From assembly GCA_963776275.1 (NCBI GenBank), contig CAVZMI010000020.1:192001-256000 (forward strand): a DNA stretch of 64,000 nucleotides, written 5' to 3'. The translations under genes were made by a program, and so were the position numbers. The notes below the pieces were generated by a model. That model saw nothing but the letters and a program-made list of their open reading frames with translations. It made no database searches and was not told where the DNA came from. Numbering within the stretch: the first letter of the stretch is position 1; each line of letters starts with the position of its first letter. Below are positions 11,095 to 23,671 of this stretch, in pieces. The stretch is from Ignavibacteriota bacterium. GTDB lineage: Bacteria > Bacteroidota > Ignavibacteria > UBA10030 > CAVZMI01.

Positions 11095-11991
11095 ATGGTT
11101 CATAGATACTTCTCCCGGATTATTTTTATAATTTCCTTTCTCTTTTTCCCCCGCTCTTCTTATCAACACCAGCAAACGCCTCAACTGCAGATAGTAATTG
11201 ACGACCTCGGTCGCACGGTTACAATTGTGCAACCACTTAAAAGAGTTGTTTCTTTGGCTCCAAATATCACAGAGATTCTGTATGCCGTCGGAGCCGATTC
11301 GATTCTTGCGGGTGTGACCGACTATTGCGATTATCCTCCACAGGCAAAGCAGAAACCGCACATGGGGGGAATGATAAATCCAAATATCGAAACGATTGTC
11401 GGAGCCAGTCCTGATCTTGTCCTTATGTCGGTCGAGGGAAATTCACGCCTGGATTATGAAAAGCTCGAAAAGCTCTCTATCCCGGTCTTTGCGATAAATC
11501 CACGGACTATTGAAGGTGTGTTGAAATCTATTCTGGATATAGGAAAACTGACAGGAACATCACCTGCTGCGGAACATCTTGTTGCAGAGCTTCGATCGCA
11601 GCGTGATTCGATTTCGAAAATTTATAAGCAGTGTCAACATCCACGTATATTGGTTATTTTTTCAATTACACCACTCATGGTTGCGGGGAACGGTTCATTT
11701 GTCAACGAACTGATTACCGATGCCGGCGGCATGAATCTTGGTGCTGTGGGGAAAGGGTCGTATCCCCTTTTCAGCCGAGAAGAAATTCTCCGTCTTCAGC
11801 CTGATGAAATTATATTGACATCAGATATTGCATTTTCTCCCGATCAGCTCATTCAGCAATTCCCGGAATGGCATACACTCCACGCTATCCAGCGCAATAC
11901 GGTTTCAATAATTGATGCAAGTCTTATCTCTCGTCCGGGCCCGCGTGTAATTAAGGCTCTTGCCCAATTATCGCAAATAATTCATAAATAG
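11095..11991 (+). CDS. Cobalamin/iron-siderophore periplasmic binding protein (BtuF-like)
   Basis: DDLGR, RVVSLAPNITEILYA, GVTDYCDYP, RPGPR. Confidence 0.8.
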   Translation: MVHRYFSRIIFIISFLFFPRSSYQHQQTPQLQIVIDDLGRTVTIVQPLKRVVSLAPNITEILYAVGADSILAGVTDYCDYPPQAKQKPHMGGMINPNIETIVGASPDLVLMSVEGNSRLDYEKLEKLSIPVFAINPRTIEGVLKSILDIGKLTGTSPAAEHLVAELRSQRDSISKIYKQCQHPRILVIFSITPLMVAGNGSFVNELITDAGGMNLGAVGKGSYPLFSREEILRLQPDEIILTSDIAFSPDQLIQQFPEWHTLHAIQRNTVSIIDASLISRPGPRVIKALAQLSQIIHK

Positions 11992-12106
11992 AATAACACA
12001 CTGCACAACGGAAACCTTTTGCATATAGGTCGTGATTGCTATTTTCAGACATTCTCTTATATTGAAATTAATTTTTCATTCATGTCGATCTTCTCTCTGA
12101 TAATTC

Positions 12107-12730
12107 ATGGCAAAAAAATATTATGGGGTAATCGCCGGTAACATCGGTTCGGGGAAATCATCTCTGACGCAGCTCCTTAGCAAAGAATTTGGATGGACAC
12201 CGTATTACGAATCAGTGGACGATAATCCCTATCTGAAAGATTTTTATGCCGATATGAAGCGGTGGTCGTTTCATGTCCAGATCTACTTTCTTTCAAAAAG
12301 GTTTATTCATCAAAAGAATTTTCTCTCAAAGGAAGAATCAATCATCCAGGATCGATCGATATACGAAGACGCCGAAATATTTGCCCGGAATTTATATAAT
12401 ATCGGGATGATGGAAGAACGTGATTTCAGAAATTATCGTGAATTGTTCGCGGCGATGACAAGCTATTTACAACCTCCGGATCTTCTAATTTATTTGAGGT
12501 CTTCGGTCCCGGAACTTCAAAGAAAAATCTCTCAGCGGGGAAGGGAATTCGAAAAAGGGATTACGGCCGAGTATTTGGGACAGCTGAACAGTTTGTATGA
12601 ATCGTGGATCAGCCGATATACCGCTGGAAAGCTACTTATTATTGAGGTCGATGTCTTAGATTTCATCACACGCCGGGACGATCTTGAATACATTATTCAA
12701 GAAATTCACAAAATCCTTTCGCCAATATGA
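12107..12730 (+). CDS. Deoxynucleoside kinase
   Basis: AGNIGSGKS, DRSIYED, PDLLIYL, RGREFE. Confidence 0.9.
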   Translation: MAKKYYGVIAGNIGSGKSSLTQLLSKEFGWTPYYESVDDNPYLKDFYADMKRWSFHVQIYFLSKRFIHQKNFLSKEESIIQDRSIYEDAEIFARNLYNIGMMEERDFRNYRELFAAMTSYLQPPDLLIYLRSSVPELQRKISQRGREFEKGITAEYLGQLNSLYESWISRYTAGKLLIIEVDVLDFITRRDDLEYIIQEIHKILSPI

Positions 12731-12737
12731 GAGTATT

Positions 12738-14408
12738 TTATTGAATACCGAGTTTCTTCTCATACAAGCGAGGATTTTTCAAAATCCCCACTGCAGTCAA
12801 CAGCACCTGATCGTCCGGGAACGACGCTTCAATTCTTCCATGCTCCCCCTTGAATCGGCCCATCAGTTCTATCTTTAATGCCGTTGAAATGACACGTCTA
12901 TTTTTCTCGAATGTTTTCGTTTTTTCAATTCCGATCATATTGGCAAGCTGATCCAGATGTGTCATGAATGTAGATGTATATTGTCCTTTTAATGCTAACC
13001 CGCGGAGCTCTTTCAATTTTACCTTGCATTCATCTTCATAATCGAACTTCTGTGCATCGAGATAATTCCGGAACTCGTCAACTATTGTCGAATCGAAAAT
13101 AAAATCACTTCCTGGATCCTTGTGACGAGCGATATAAGAATTCGCAAACAAGAAGAATTTCGCAGTGCGGAATAATGCAGCAATATAGCGGTTTGTTGTG
13201 TCGGCCTGCACGGTACTGTCGGGCTGTATTCCTCCTGCATCGAGAACGCGTCGATGATGGATCGTCTGATAGACTTTCCGGAGACTGTCCGGAATAGTGC
13301 TTACCACTCCTTCACGCTTATGTAGATAATCGATTTCCTGGATGCTCCGTCCGCTCGGCGTATAATATCGTGCCGTTGTCAGTTTAAGCTCGGCACCTTC
13401 CTGTGAAACAGGAACGACCGCCTGAACGAGGCCTTTCCCGAACGTACGCGTACCAATAATGAATCCACGATCCAGGTCTTGAAGTGCCCCGGCAACAATC
13501 TCACTCGCACTGGCACTGTTACGGTTCACAAGAATGGCAAGCGGAAGTGTGGTCATCGGATCCTCGGTAGCAATATATTTTCGCTCTGCCTCCGGATGTC
13601 GGCCGCGGGTTGAGACAATCAGACTCCCCTTCGGAACAAATTTCTCAACGACATCCACCGCCATATCAAGCAATCCTCCCGGATTATCCCTCAGATCAAG
13701 GATAATTCCCTGAAGCGAACCTGATGATTGAAGAGCATTGAGCGCCTGCCGCATTTCATCCCCTGCAGTGCGGGTAAAACGTTCTAGCCTGATATAACCG
13801 ATCCCCGGCTGCACTATATTATAATAAGTAACGTTTTTCAGCTGAATATCTTCCCGAACAAGCACAAATTCAAGGGGTTTTTGTTCTCCTTCCCGTTCAA
13901 TCGAAATTTGGACCTCGGTTCCAGCATCACCACGAACGAGAGCACGGACACTATCGAGTTTCATCCCTGTCACGGAAATATTATTAATCCGAAGGAATCT
14001 GTCGCCTTCCTTTATTCCTTGCCGCTGTGCCGAGTATCCGTCCATCAATCCAATGACAACGATTTTCCCATCACGGATACCGATCGAGACACCGATTCCG
14101 GCATATTTCCCTGTCGTGATCAAATCCATCTGTTCACGTTCATCCTCATCTAGATAGACGGTATAGGGATCGAGTGTCTCGAGCATTCCATCGATCCCGG
14201 CTCTCATAAATTTTTCGGGATCGACTTCATCCACATAATTTTGAGTGATTTCTTTATAAATGTTCCCGAACGTCTCGATACTTTTTGTAATTTTAAAATA
14301 GTGGTCGGTCTCTAAAGTCAGCGCAAAACCAGTAGTGATGACTATAAGTAAGAGAAGTCCTCCTCCGACACCGAGTCGGGACATGATATGTCGTGCTAGA
14401 GCTTTCAT
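12738..14408 (-). CDS. S41 family carboxyl-terminal processing protease (CtpA-like)
   Basis: LDPYT, PDZ domain, DLRDNPGGLL, SASASEIV, TFGKGLVQ, YYTPSGRSIQ; start placed at ATG 14408 downstream of tmk. Confidence 0.9.
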   Translation of the reverse strand: MKALARHIMSRLGVGGGLLLLIVITTGFALTLETDHYFKITKSIETFGNIYKEITQNYVDEVDPEKFMRAGIDGMLETLDPYTVYLDEDEREQMDLITTGKYAGIGVSIGIRDGKIVVIGLMDGYSAQRQGIKEGDRFLRINNISVTGMKLDSVRALVRGDAGTEVQISIEREGEQKPLEFVLVREDIQLKNVTYYNIVQPGIGYIRLERFTRTAGDEMRQALNALQSSGSLQGIILDLRDNPGGLLDMAVDVVEKFVPKGSLIVSTRGRHPEAERKYIATEDPMTTLPLAILVNRNSASASEIVAGALQDLDRGFIIGTRTFGKGLVQAVVPVSQEGAELKLTTARYYTPSGRSIQEIDYLHKREGVVSTIPDSLRKVYQTIHHRRVLDAGGIQPDSTVQADTTNRYIAALFRTAKFFLFANSYIARHKDPGSDFIFDSTIVDEFRNYLDAQKFDYEDECKVKLKELRGLALKGQYTSTFMTHLDQLANMIGIEKTKTFEKNRRVISTALKIELMGRFKGEHGRIEASFPDDQVLLTAVGILKNPRLYEKKLGIQ

Positions 14409-14424
14409 AGAATTATCCTTTGCC

Positions 14425-15042
14425 TCACAATCCCTGAAGTTGTTGAACGAGATGCCATATTTCTTTGTGAATTTCTTCAATTGGTCGTAATCCGTTAATA
14501 AGAACGATGCGAGTTGGTTCTTCACGTGCGATTGCATGATACCCTTCACGTACTTTCTGATAAAACAAATTCCCTGCGTTTTCAATCCGGTCGGTTCCGT
14601 ACCCGGCAGCAATTTTACGTGTAAGAATTTCTTCAATCGAAATATCGAGAATAATTGTCCTATCGGGAACAAGTCCGCCGGTCGCTACTTGGTTGATCCG
14701 CTGGATTTCATTTAGACGCAGGCCTCTTCCCCATCCCTGATATGCGGTCGAGGAATCATAAAAACGATCACAAATCACGATTGTTCCCTCGTCGAGTGCA
14801 GGGCGAATTACGGATTCGACAAGCTGTGCACGGCTTGCTGAGAACATTAAAAATTCCGACATTGGAGTTATCGCAAGATGCTGTCTGTCGAGTAGGAGCG
14901 TCCGCAGATGTTCCGATAGAGGAGTCCCCCCGGGCTCACGGAGAAGAAGTGTCCTGTATCCGTTTTGGTTGAGTCGATCGACTAACAGTTGCGCCTGTGT
15001 TGATTTCCCTGAAGAATCGAGTCCTTCAAAAGTCAGTAACAT
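14425..15042 (-). CDS. tmk: Thymidylate kinase
   Basis: TFEGLDSSGKSTQ, REPGG, CDRFYDSSTAYQG. Confidence 0.95.
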   Translation of the reverse strand: MLLTFEGLDSSGKSTQAQLLVDRLNQNGYRTLLLREPGGTPLSEHLRTLLLDRQHLAITPMSEFLMFSASRAQLVESVIRPALDEGTIVICDRFYDSSTAYQGWGRGLRLNEIQRINQVATGGLVPDRTIILDISIEEILTRKIAAGYGTDRIENAGNLFYQKVREGYHAIAREEPTRIVLINGLRPIEEIHKEIWHLVQQLQGL

Positions 15043-15172
15043 TGATCCGTTCACTTTTTATTCTTCTATCAAAGTAATAAAAACCACGCTGAGTTGCAAC
15101 GGCAGTTGTCGCTCCTGAATATGTTTTTCCTTGATATTCGTTGGTTTTTCTGGTATGTTTCCAGCAGTATTG

Positions 15173-15811
15173 ATGAAAAAAACATCCGCACATACCAATC
15201 ACCAACCCGATGTTAAAGAACAACGGCGTCTCGAATCTCGTTCCGAAGATTCGAGACTTATCCATGCTGCCGTTCGCGGAAATCAGGAAGCATTCCAACG
15301 TCTCATGGATAAATACCACGATGCCATCTATCATCTCCTGAGACGAATGATTTCCTCCGGTGACGAGATCGAAGATTTAGTGCAGGAAACTTTCATTAAG
15401 GCATTTGCCTCGCTCAAAAGCTTTAACGAAGAATACGCATTCTCAACCTGGTTATATAAAATTGCGACCAACAATTGTATCGACTATATTCGAAAGAAGA
15501 AACTCCAGACCTATTCCATCGACAAACCTATTGAATCGGTCGAGAGCGATTTTTCGTTTGAACTTCCCGATACCACCTATGAACCGGACCGTGACATCAT
15601 TCGACGACAGCGGTCGACACTGATCGAGGAAGCAATCGCATCGTTACCCGAGAAATATCGTCGTGTCATTGTCCTTCGCCATACTGAAGAAAAAGAATAT
15701 ACCGAAATTGCAAAAATACTTCATCTCCCTATAGGGACGGTCAAGGCACACCTTTTTAGAGCCCGTGAAATGCTCAATAAATACCTGCGTGACAGGATCC
15801 GTAACTATTGA
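15173..15811 (+). CDS. ECF RNA polymerase sigma factor (SigW-like)
   Basis: EDLVQETFIKAF, FSTWLYKIATNNCID, region 4 EIAKILHLPIGTVKAHLFRAR; TTGATA-17-TATGTT promoter at 15131-15159 favours ATG 15173. Confidence 0.9.
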   Translation: MKKTSAHTNHQPDVKEQRRLESRSEDSRLIHAAVRGNQEAFQRLMDKYHDAIYHLLRRMISSGDEIEDLVQETFIKAFASLKSFNEEYAFSTWLYKIATNNCIDYIRKKKLQTYSIDKPIESVESDFSFELPDTTYEPDRDIIRRQRSTLIEEAIASLPEKYRRVIVLRHTEEKEYTEIAKILHLPIGTVKAHLFRAREMLNKYLRDRIRNY

Positions 15812-15823
15812 AACCGGCAGAAA

Positions 15824-15849
15824 TGCAACAAACTCGGTCTCAATCCGTA
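15824..15849 (+). promoter_or_regulatory. Putative ECF (SigW-type) promoter
   Basis: TGCAAC-N16-CGTA, one mismatch from the B. subtilis SigW consensus TGAAAC-N16-CGTA. Confidence 0.55.
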
Positions 15850-15862
15850 TGGTAAGGGAGAG

Positions 15863-16780
15863 ATGTATCTATATCCCAGTGTTATGAAAAATTTCATCCG
15901 ACATAATGCAGGTGCGGTTCTTATCCCCGGCTTGCTTGCCCTTACAACAACCGTTGTCATTGCTGTGAATGCAGGAGTTCATCGGGAAATCCAACGTACA
16001 AACGAGCGCGAAGTTGTTATGAAAATTGAGTCGCTCTTTGGCAATATGTATGTCTCGCGTGGTGATCCCGGAAAAATTCTCTCGGCAGACATTCGTTTTG
16101 AAGGAAATGAACAAGCAAAAACCAATATCAACTATAACATCCGAAACTCTATCGGTTATCTGAACATCGATCTCAATAAGGGTGATCAATATCATGACGG
16201 AGATGATCATAACGTCAAGCTCGGCGATATTGAACCTGGTAAATGGTACCTTAGGTTCACCGATGCTATCCCGATTTGTGTTGATGCAGAACTAGGTTGT
16301 GGAAAGGGTGAGTTCGATCTTACCGGGCTGCAGATTAAAAAATTTAAGCTTTCAACAGGTGCAAGCTCTGTTATCCTCCGATGCGATGAACCCAATCGCG
16401 CCGAGATAGAGAATCTGCATATTGAATCCGGAGTAGGGAAGCTCGTAGCCACGAGACTCGGTAATACAAATTTTCACCGATTAAAATTCAGTGGCGGTGT
16501 CGGAAGTTACGATCTTGATTTCAGTGGCGATTTCCATTCCATGGCAGATGTCAAGATTGAAGTAGGCCTCGGTGCAATAACAGTCAATATCCCCGACAAT
16601 ATCGGTGCAAAGGTAATGTGCGAGGAAAGCTGGATCTCAAAAATTCATATCGATCCCGCTTTTGTCGAACATGAAGATAATATCTTTTACACCAACAATT
16701 ATTCCTCGGCTCCCGGGCGTTTGAACGTCACAGTCGAAGCCGGACTGGGAAGTGTTCGAATACGACGCGGAGCAAAATAA
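15863..16780 (+). CDS. Exported beta-repeat protein (LiaF/toast-rack/adhesin-like domain)
   Basis: N-terminal hydrophobic segment; repeated xGxG beta-strand units (LGCGKGEFDL, SGVGKL, GGVGSYDLDF, VGLGAITV, AGLGSVRI). Confidence 0.6.
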   Translation: MYLYPSVMKNFIRHNAGAVLIPGLLALTTTVVIAVNAGVHREIQRTNEREVVMKIESLFGNMYVSRGDPGKILSADIRFEGNEQAKTNINYNIRNSIGYLNIDLNKGDQYHDGDDHNVKLGDIEPGKWYLRFTDAIPICVDAELGCGKGEFDLTGLQIKKFKLSTGASSVILRCDEPNRAEIENLHIESGVGKLVATRLGNTNFHRLKFSGGVGSYDLDFSGDFHSMADVKIEVGLGAITVNIPDNIGAKVMCEESWISKIHIDPAFVEHEDNIFYTNNYSSAPGRLNVTVEAGLGSVRIRRGAK

Positions 16781-16825
16781 CTCCCTCCACATACGGCAAA
16801 CATCATATTTCACAACAGAAAAAAA

Positions 16826-19800
16826 TTATTGACCTATCGATAACCTAATATCAAACCCGAACTCACTCGTTTTCTGTCCGATTGTTCGTGATCCTTCATC
16901 AGGCTGTATACTCGTTCGTCGATAATACATCGAAGCTGAGACCCTATTGCTCAGGACATACTTGATTCGCGGCTCAAGTATAGTACGTGTTGATCCTTCA
17001 AACGGGGTACCGTCCGATGTGAGCTGGTCGGGAGTATATGTTTTTCGGGAATTCTTGGAATAGGTATATGAAAAACTCACGTCAATATCGTTGGAGAGTG
17101 AAAGCCCGAAGAGGGGGATCTCAAAACCGCGACGTGAATAGCCAAGCGTCACCGATAAATCCTGCTGTGAGCCTTCGACAATTTGTGTTGTTGAAATATT
17201 AAGATCATATGTCGTTTGGGTGGAATATTTAATGCTTCCATTCATATTTCCTTTCCAGAATTCCTTGAATTGGAGAGAAATACTTGCCAGCGGTTCAAAC
17301 CCGTAACTTATGCGTTCTGATTCGGTTGTTGTTCCTAGGGCCTCGGATCCCCCACGCCATCTCCGATTATAGGTCGATTGATATGCATGATCGAATGATA
17401 CACGCGACGCAACATCTCTCACATACGGCAGCTTCTCAAGTCCATCCCACCTTAAAGAATAATTCAGGCGTGGCAATAAACCTCCGAGTATCTTCGATAA
17501 AAAGGGTAAAGTCTCGAATCCTTGCTCAAACGCCTTTGCTAATTTCTCTCCGATTTCTCCTGAATCCGCGCGCATTTCTTCATATAACTTACCGACCTGT
17601 CCAATCCCGCTTTTGAACGGTTTGAAGAGGAAAAATGGAGGAAGAGTAAAAAACGAACGCTCGACATCTCCGGTGGTAGTGGTACTGAGAATTGTTGCCC
17701 GCCCGGTAGAGTCCGAACTCATGCTGACATTACGGTTGAACGACCATGATACATTCCATTTGAGATCGAGTCGTGCTCCCTTCCAGAGATCGCGTGAGGT
17801 TGTCAGACTAAACCGATTTGTCTGAGTGAAATTATCGACCATATTTGCTCCGGGAGCCCGTAATCCAGGTTCCACATCGAAACCGAAGAAAGGGAACTTA
17901 GGCCGGACTCTAAAATTCGTCAATCTATCGTTCGGGCCCGAGGTAAGACCCAGCTGGTAAATCTGTGATGGTCCGAGTTCCGGATTACTCGCCTGGAAAA
18001 AAGGTACCCGCCCCCAGAAATTCCCAAACCCTGTTCCTCCTCTCGTTCCGCTATTTTGTATATTATTGGATTGGCTATACGTTAATGAGATAGTTTCATA
18101 ATCGAGGAAAAGGGTTTTCACAAATGTCTGGAAAATCTGGGAATAATCGAATGCCGGTTTCATACTATCGGGTACGGTTACATCACTCGAAGGAAACCAC
18201 GGATCGGTGAACTGTTTTAGTCTGAATGACGTATTTATATTCAACGAAGTACCCACACCGGCAGATTTCCCAATCTCTTCCTGTTGGAAATTATACGACC
18301 AGCGATACCCGCTCGAGTAGGTTCCGCCTAACTCAAAACATTTATCGAGTTTAAACAGTGCGGGAATACGCGGCTTGAAAGAGAGACTTGTTCGCTGGTC
18401 ATACCCGTTATCAATGCCGAAATTGATTAGCCTGTCGCTAAAAAAAATATCCTTAAGAATTTGAGAAAACCGCCGCTGATTCCCTAGAGAATCCAGCTCA
18501 AGATGAACGAGGCTGCTCGTGATATTCAGGGAATAATCGAATGACGGATTGACAAGTCCGCCTTCAGTAAATTTCCAGAGAAATGATAGAGACCGGTTCG
18601 ATGTGAATGTTCGCTGAACCGGTTTTAATCCATTCGACCGCGTTGAAGCTCGTCTATTCGGCCCCGTTGAGCCGCCAGGCTGACAGTGAAGCTCTGTGGT
18701 GTGTAAAACAACCGCCATCCTTTGATGAAATCCAGTACCGGAACTTCATCAAAAAACGATTCGAATGGTGAGAGATAATTGTCAACCCCAAATGTGACAC
18801 TATACGACATACCTGTGCTCCAGGCACCATCGCTGACGGGCCTGGATAACGGGTGACCGCTCATTTGCTTTTGTATAGGTGAAACTGAATGAAAGCCTAT
18901 TTAGAAGGTACTGAACATACCATGCTCTCGATGGACTGTTAATTTTTATCGTTGGAAGAGCCCACGTGTCTGAAACTGATAGAATCTGAGTTGCACTCAC
19001 AATTGAGTCATGGACAGCTTTTGAGGTTTCTTCCGAGTTAGTATTCGATTGTACCACTTCAGCGGCCCGCCGGGCGGCCTCCTCTGCCAGCATATCGGTT
19101 CCGGGCATGTATAGTGGCGTACTCAGCTGCTCGTTATGAGTATATGAAACCATTATGCTACTGCCGGTCCAGGATGTGGGTAAAAAACGTTCCAGCATAA
19201 ATTTTGTATCGACAGACCAATTCATATTCAAGTTCCTGTTCCCGAAACGCTGATCAAGAGTATGGAAATACGGATCCACACGTGAAATTATTAGTGATGC
19301 TGTTGCGAGATCTGCAAGTTTCAGGGTCGATTCCAGACGTGCTGCCCAGCCAGGAGTTGCATCGACGTCGATGACTCGAAGTTCATCTATCCACACATCG
19401 CCGGTGATCGAAGTTGTAATATTGGTATCAGCAGGATTTCGCACTCCAATAGATATCTCTCTGATCTGCGTCAGCGTTGGCTGACCATATACTGTATAAT
19501 ATGAACCTGGCGAACCATTGCTGGTCGCTTCCGGAGGAATTGCCTTATTGAGTGAGTCACGCTTTTGCTTCAGAGCTGTAAGTTCTTTGAAAATAATTTC
19601 TACGTTATTCATCATCCATTGGCCGGCAGCATCTAATCCTTCGGGTGGACGCAGCGGTGCAGAATATTCATAATAATTCAGTGAATCGAGCCCGAAACGG
19701 AAGAAAAATTCTGCATCATAGTGCAAGGGATTCGCCTGATAATGGAAATTCGGATCGCTCCGCACAAACATTTTGAGGGCCCTATAATTGAAAAGATCGA

Positions 19801-22800
19801 GTGGTTTATATGAAGAGATTTTCTTTACCTGGCGGCTTTGTCCACTCTTCAATCCCCGAACCTTTAATACAAGAGATTGTTCATTGGCCTGAACGTTCTC
19901 ATTCGGCTTTGTTTTATCCTGCTCGCGAATTACTCCGGGCGGCGATACGTACCCCGGTGTTTCCTCGATACTCACCGTGGAGACGGTCATTGTACTGTCG
20001 TTTTTATCCACCTCGATCCACTGGCTTCCGACAAGCGAGATGTCGATGATATTAATCTCAACAGGTTTGGCCGTTCCTGTGAACCACAGCCGTACATATT
20101 GAACCGTTGTAAGACTCGGATCACCAATTTTTCGTGTCGGATTAATCAGCGGGATCCGGAACTGATACCAGCGTTTGTCGGTCAATCCTCCGCCTACGAT
20201 GTACGGATTTTTCTTTCCGGTTATGGTCCCGTTCATGCCGCCTGTTGTATCTAGTGGGACTTCATACTCAAAATAACTGTTTGCTAAATCAAGGTTTCCA
20301 TTCCGGTTGATGTCTTCGCCGTCAGGAAATAATCCGCTTTCGGTTTTTCCGTTTCCCTCGGTTCCATTAACTTTATCGTATGAACCCCCGCTATGGTATT
20401 CATAATCATCTCCACTCGGATCATCCCCTAGATTGGGCCACCTTGCTTTCTCTTCTTCATCAGTTAGACTATCCAGTCCTACATCTTCATCGGGCATGAG
20501 ACGATCGTTCGGGGGTTTTCCATGGATACCATCTTCCGTATTCAATATGCCATTTGGAATAACATCTTCACTAATTCTTCCGAGATCGATCAACAATTTC
20601 GTACTATCTAATTCTTTAGCATCGGTGATTTGCATCCAGAATTCGATATAATCGATATTCTCGTCAACCAAATTAGTCGAAGCACTGGAAATGACTTTCA
20701 TAAGTCCGCCCCAATTAGTGCGGGGATTTTTTGCTACAGAATCCGGCCAGTAATTGTACACTCCGCGTTGTGTCGGGTCATAGTGGATTGTCAGTGCCGT
20801 TGTCTGTTTTTGATCGATTGCAACTTTTCGCTCGGGCCAAATATCCTCGACATTTACGCCTGACGTGATGTTAAACCAATATGTCTTTCCTTTATAACGT
20901 ACTTTCGAGGCGTCCGATATGGCATTCATGATATCAATACTATCAGGCTTCACCGGTGGCGGGTCGTGGCCCATAAAATATTTTGGTGCGCTTGCATAAT
21001 GCCACATCGTATAACCTATCCCAAGAGGGATTGTGCGTTTTAACCCCTCAAAATCGTCGATATACGCTATTCCCATGCTGCCATCACTCTCGATCGTACT
21101 TTTCTTTGTATTCGGATCAGGAAGCATATACGCCGCTTCACCTTTGAACGTAAACTGCGAGACTTCTTTTGAATAGTAACTCGGAAGGATATTCAACGCA
21201 TCAGTTAAGAAATTCAAATCGAGTTTTGTCGATCCGTCGATACCAAGTATAGTGTTGCTCATCGGCTCTTCGCCGAGCCGGACTTTATCACTCAGCGTCT
21301 GCTGATTATAATTCATTACAGTAAAACCGAGATTCGACGTTTGCCCCAGCCGGAGATCCCCTCGTACCGCCATCAGCGTCTTTGATGCCATTTGAAAAAG
21401 ATCGTTCGATTCGTACTTAATCTGGAGGTTTTTCCCGGGTACCAGAGCATCATCTCTGCGGATTATCACTTCCCCAACGTTATAATCAACGGAGTAGTCA
21501 ACCCCGGCCTGCAGGGGAACTCCGTCGAGCAGTACCTGCACACTGTTCTGCACCACATTAAATCCGATTGAGTATCGTGATTTTATATCCGAAGAATATT
21601 TTCCGGAAATTAAAAAACGATCACGTATACTCTGCCGAGCAATTGTCGTCGTCGTATCGTAAATATCCGGAAATGTGAGACTGTCGGCAGGGACGTCGGA
21701 TTGTACATTGTGCGGTGGTCCCCACCAATCCGGAATCGCCGTACGAAATGGCTCAAGCATAGGAAAAATCAACTCGCCGTGTTCAGGATCGACTGTGATT
21801 CCAGGGGTAAAATCAAATTTATTATCCGGCGTTGTTTCACCTGCATCATTGATCTTGTCGAGATGGAATACCTGAAGCAAACTCTGTCCATACAGCTGAT
21901 CTACAGGTTGCTGACCCGGGATGTTATAATAGATATTTAGTTCGAACTTCTCCTTCTTCAACCCGAGACCACCAAGCTGATAACGGTTCTTTATAAGAAG
22001 ATTCCATGCCGCCTTATATGACGGTATTAAAATTGACGGTTTAACAAGTTTCAGTACTCTTATTTTTGCCGAATCTGCTTTTGCTGCAAATTCACCGTAG
22101 GTTATATCACCAACTGTGCGATAAGCAACGGCGATGATCTCACCCTCCTGAACATTGCTGTTAAGGGTTAATATACCTGTATACTTTTCAACCGTATAAG
22201 CCGAAGGGTCGAGTCTGACGAATTTACCACCCTCAACCTCACCGGGTATGACAGTTATTGAATCACGGAGTTTGTCGTCATATTTCCCTGATGGCGGTGC
22301 AGGCTCGAGATTGAGATACACATTAGCAGGTTTTTCTTCACCATTAGCAGCAGTTGAAAAATATCGGCTTTTATAGACTTCGATTTCGCTTATTGCCAAC
22401 TCCGGATTGGTTAGGTGCTTTGGAGTATCATAATACAATTCGTATTGACTACGATACACCTCATCGACGAAATAGTGGTTGGTGGAGAACTGATATGGAT
22501 GAATTTCAAATTTTTGCTCACTTGATCCGCCCGAAACGGTAAGCTCCTGCACCTGCCCTTTTTTCTGAGAAGCAAGGGTCGTGAGTGTTAGAGGACCGAA
22601 TTGCATGGTGGCCTTGATTCCAAACAACGCCTGACTACTCCCGATAAAGGATGACGGTGTTGAAAGTGAGACGTTTCCTGCCTCTACCTTTTTCACAATC
22701 TCATCATCATATCCTGTATAGACCAGACTTAGCCGGTTTTCATATTCGAACTGCGTCTGAGTGTCCCAGTTTGCACGTATCGCAAGCTTATCGCCAATAA

Positions 22801-23671
22801 GACCATCGACGTTTAAACGCACCACCTGAGCAAAATCGGGCTCGTTTCGCGTATTGCCAAAAGCGGAAATAGTGGCTTCATCCTGTGTTACCGAACGATA
22901 CGCGGCTTTGATATTCACATCACCGGATATGTTCAGACTTATACTTGGCTTACCAAAAATACTAAGAACCGGATTGGCCGGAACGGGAATTTCAATTTTC
23001 GTCACCGACCCGATCAGTGCACCGAAATCATCTTGTTTCCCTTCTTTTATGGCATACTGGTGAGCACGGTCTTCAAATGCCCGCCGCCAACCATCTGCAA
23101 GACTTAACCGCATATACTCATCCAACGGAACTTTTAAGGGTATCCTGACATCAAAATTACCCAGAGTTTCACGGATGATGACATTTGAACCTGCCGAATC
23201 AAGTTTCGCACTCCATTGGCTGCTCTGCGCCGGTGGTTTTAAGAAAAGCGGATGAAATTCCCGAGGACGGAAAAGCGATACTTGCGGCTGGTATTTAAGC
23301 TGATATGTAAAGTACTTCAACCGCGCACTGGAATCGCGCGGCGCGGCAAGCAAGCGCTGGTAGGAACCGGCACTTGTAGTATCCGGACCGGCTCCCGCCC
23401 CCGTTGTGAAATCCCAAATAAACGAAACGGCCCGATGTGCCCGTTCAAGGCGCTGTGACGTAGAAAATTCCAGGATGACAATAGAATCCGATCGTACTGT
23501 ATCTTGCAGGGCAGGAGTGGATTCAAATAACGAAAGATGAAGGTCACGCCCCCTGAGCGTCGAGGGAGATAATATGGTGAAAAGAATAACCATTGCCCAA
23601 ATCCACCCGTTTGAATATATTAATTCAATCCGGGCTGAAGTGAGCCTGGCCGTTCCATAGAAAGAAACCAC
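16826..23671 (-). CDS. sprA: Type IX secretion system translocon SprA (two compensating frameshifts at ~18825 and ~18636)
   Basis: ~2280 codons; motifs GDKL..NWDTQ..F.YEN, YTGYDDEIVKKVEAGNVSL, FGPLTLTTLASQKKG, AYIDDFEG, YIEFW, DLGRISEDVI, VWIDELR; flanking ORFs share one frame, bridged by ORF 18625-18864. Confidence 0.88.

Noticed and set aside
14409-14672. N-terminal extension of the S41 protease ORF
   Set aside because: Overlaps tmk; the signal-like segment begins after ATG 14408
16826-23671. sprA as a naturally split two-gene system
   Set aside because: A +1 and a -1 indel about 190 bp apart compensate, and the bridging frame restores one ~2280-codon ORF
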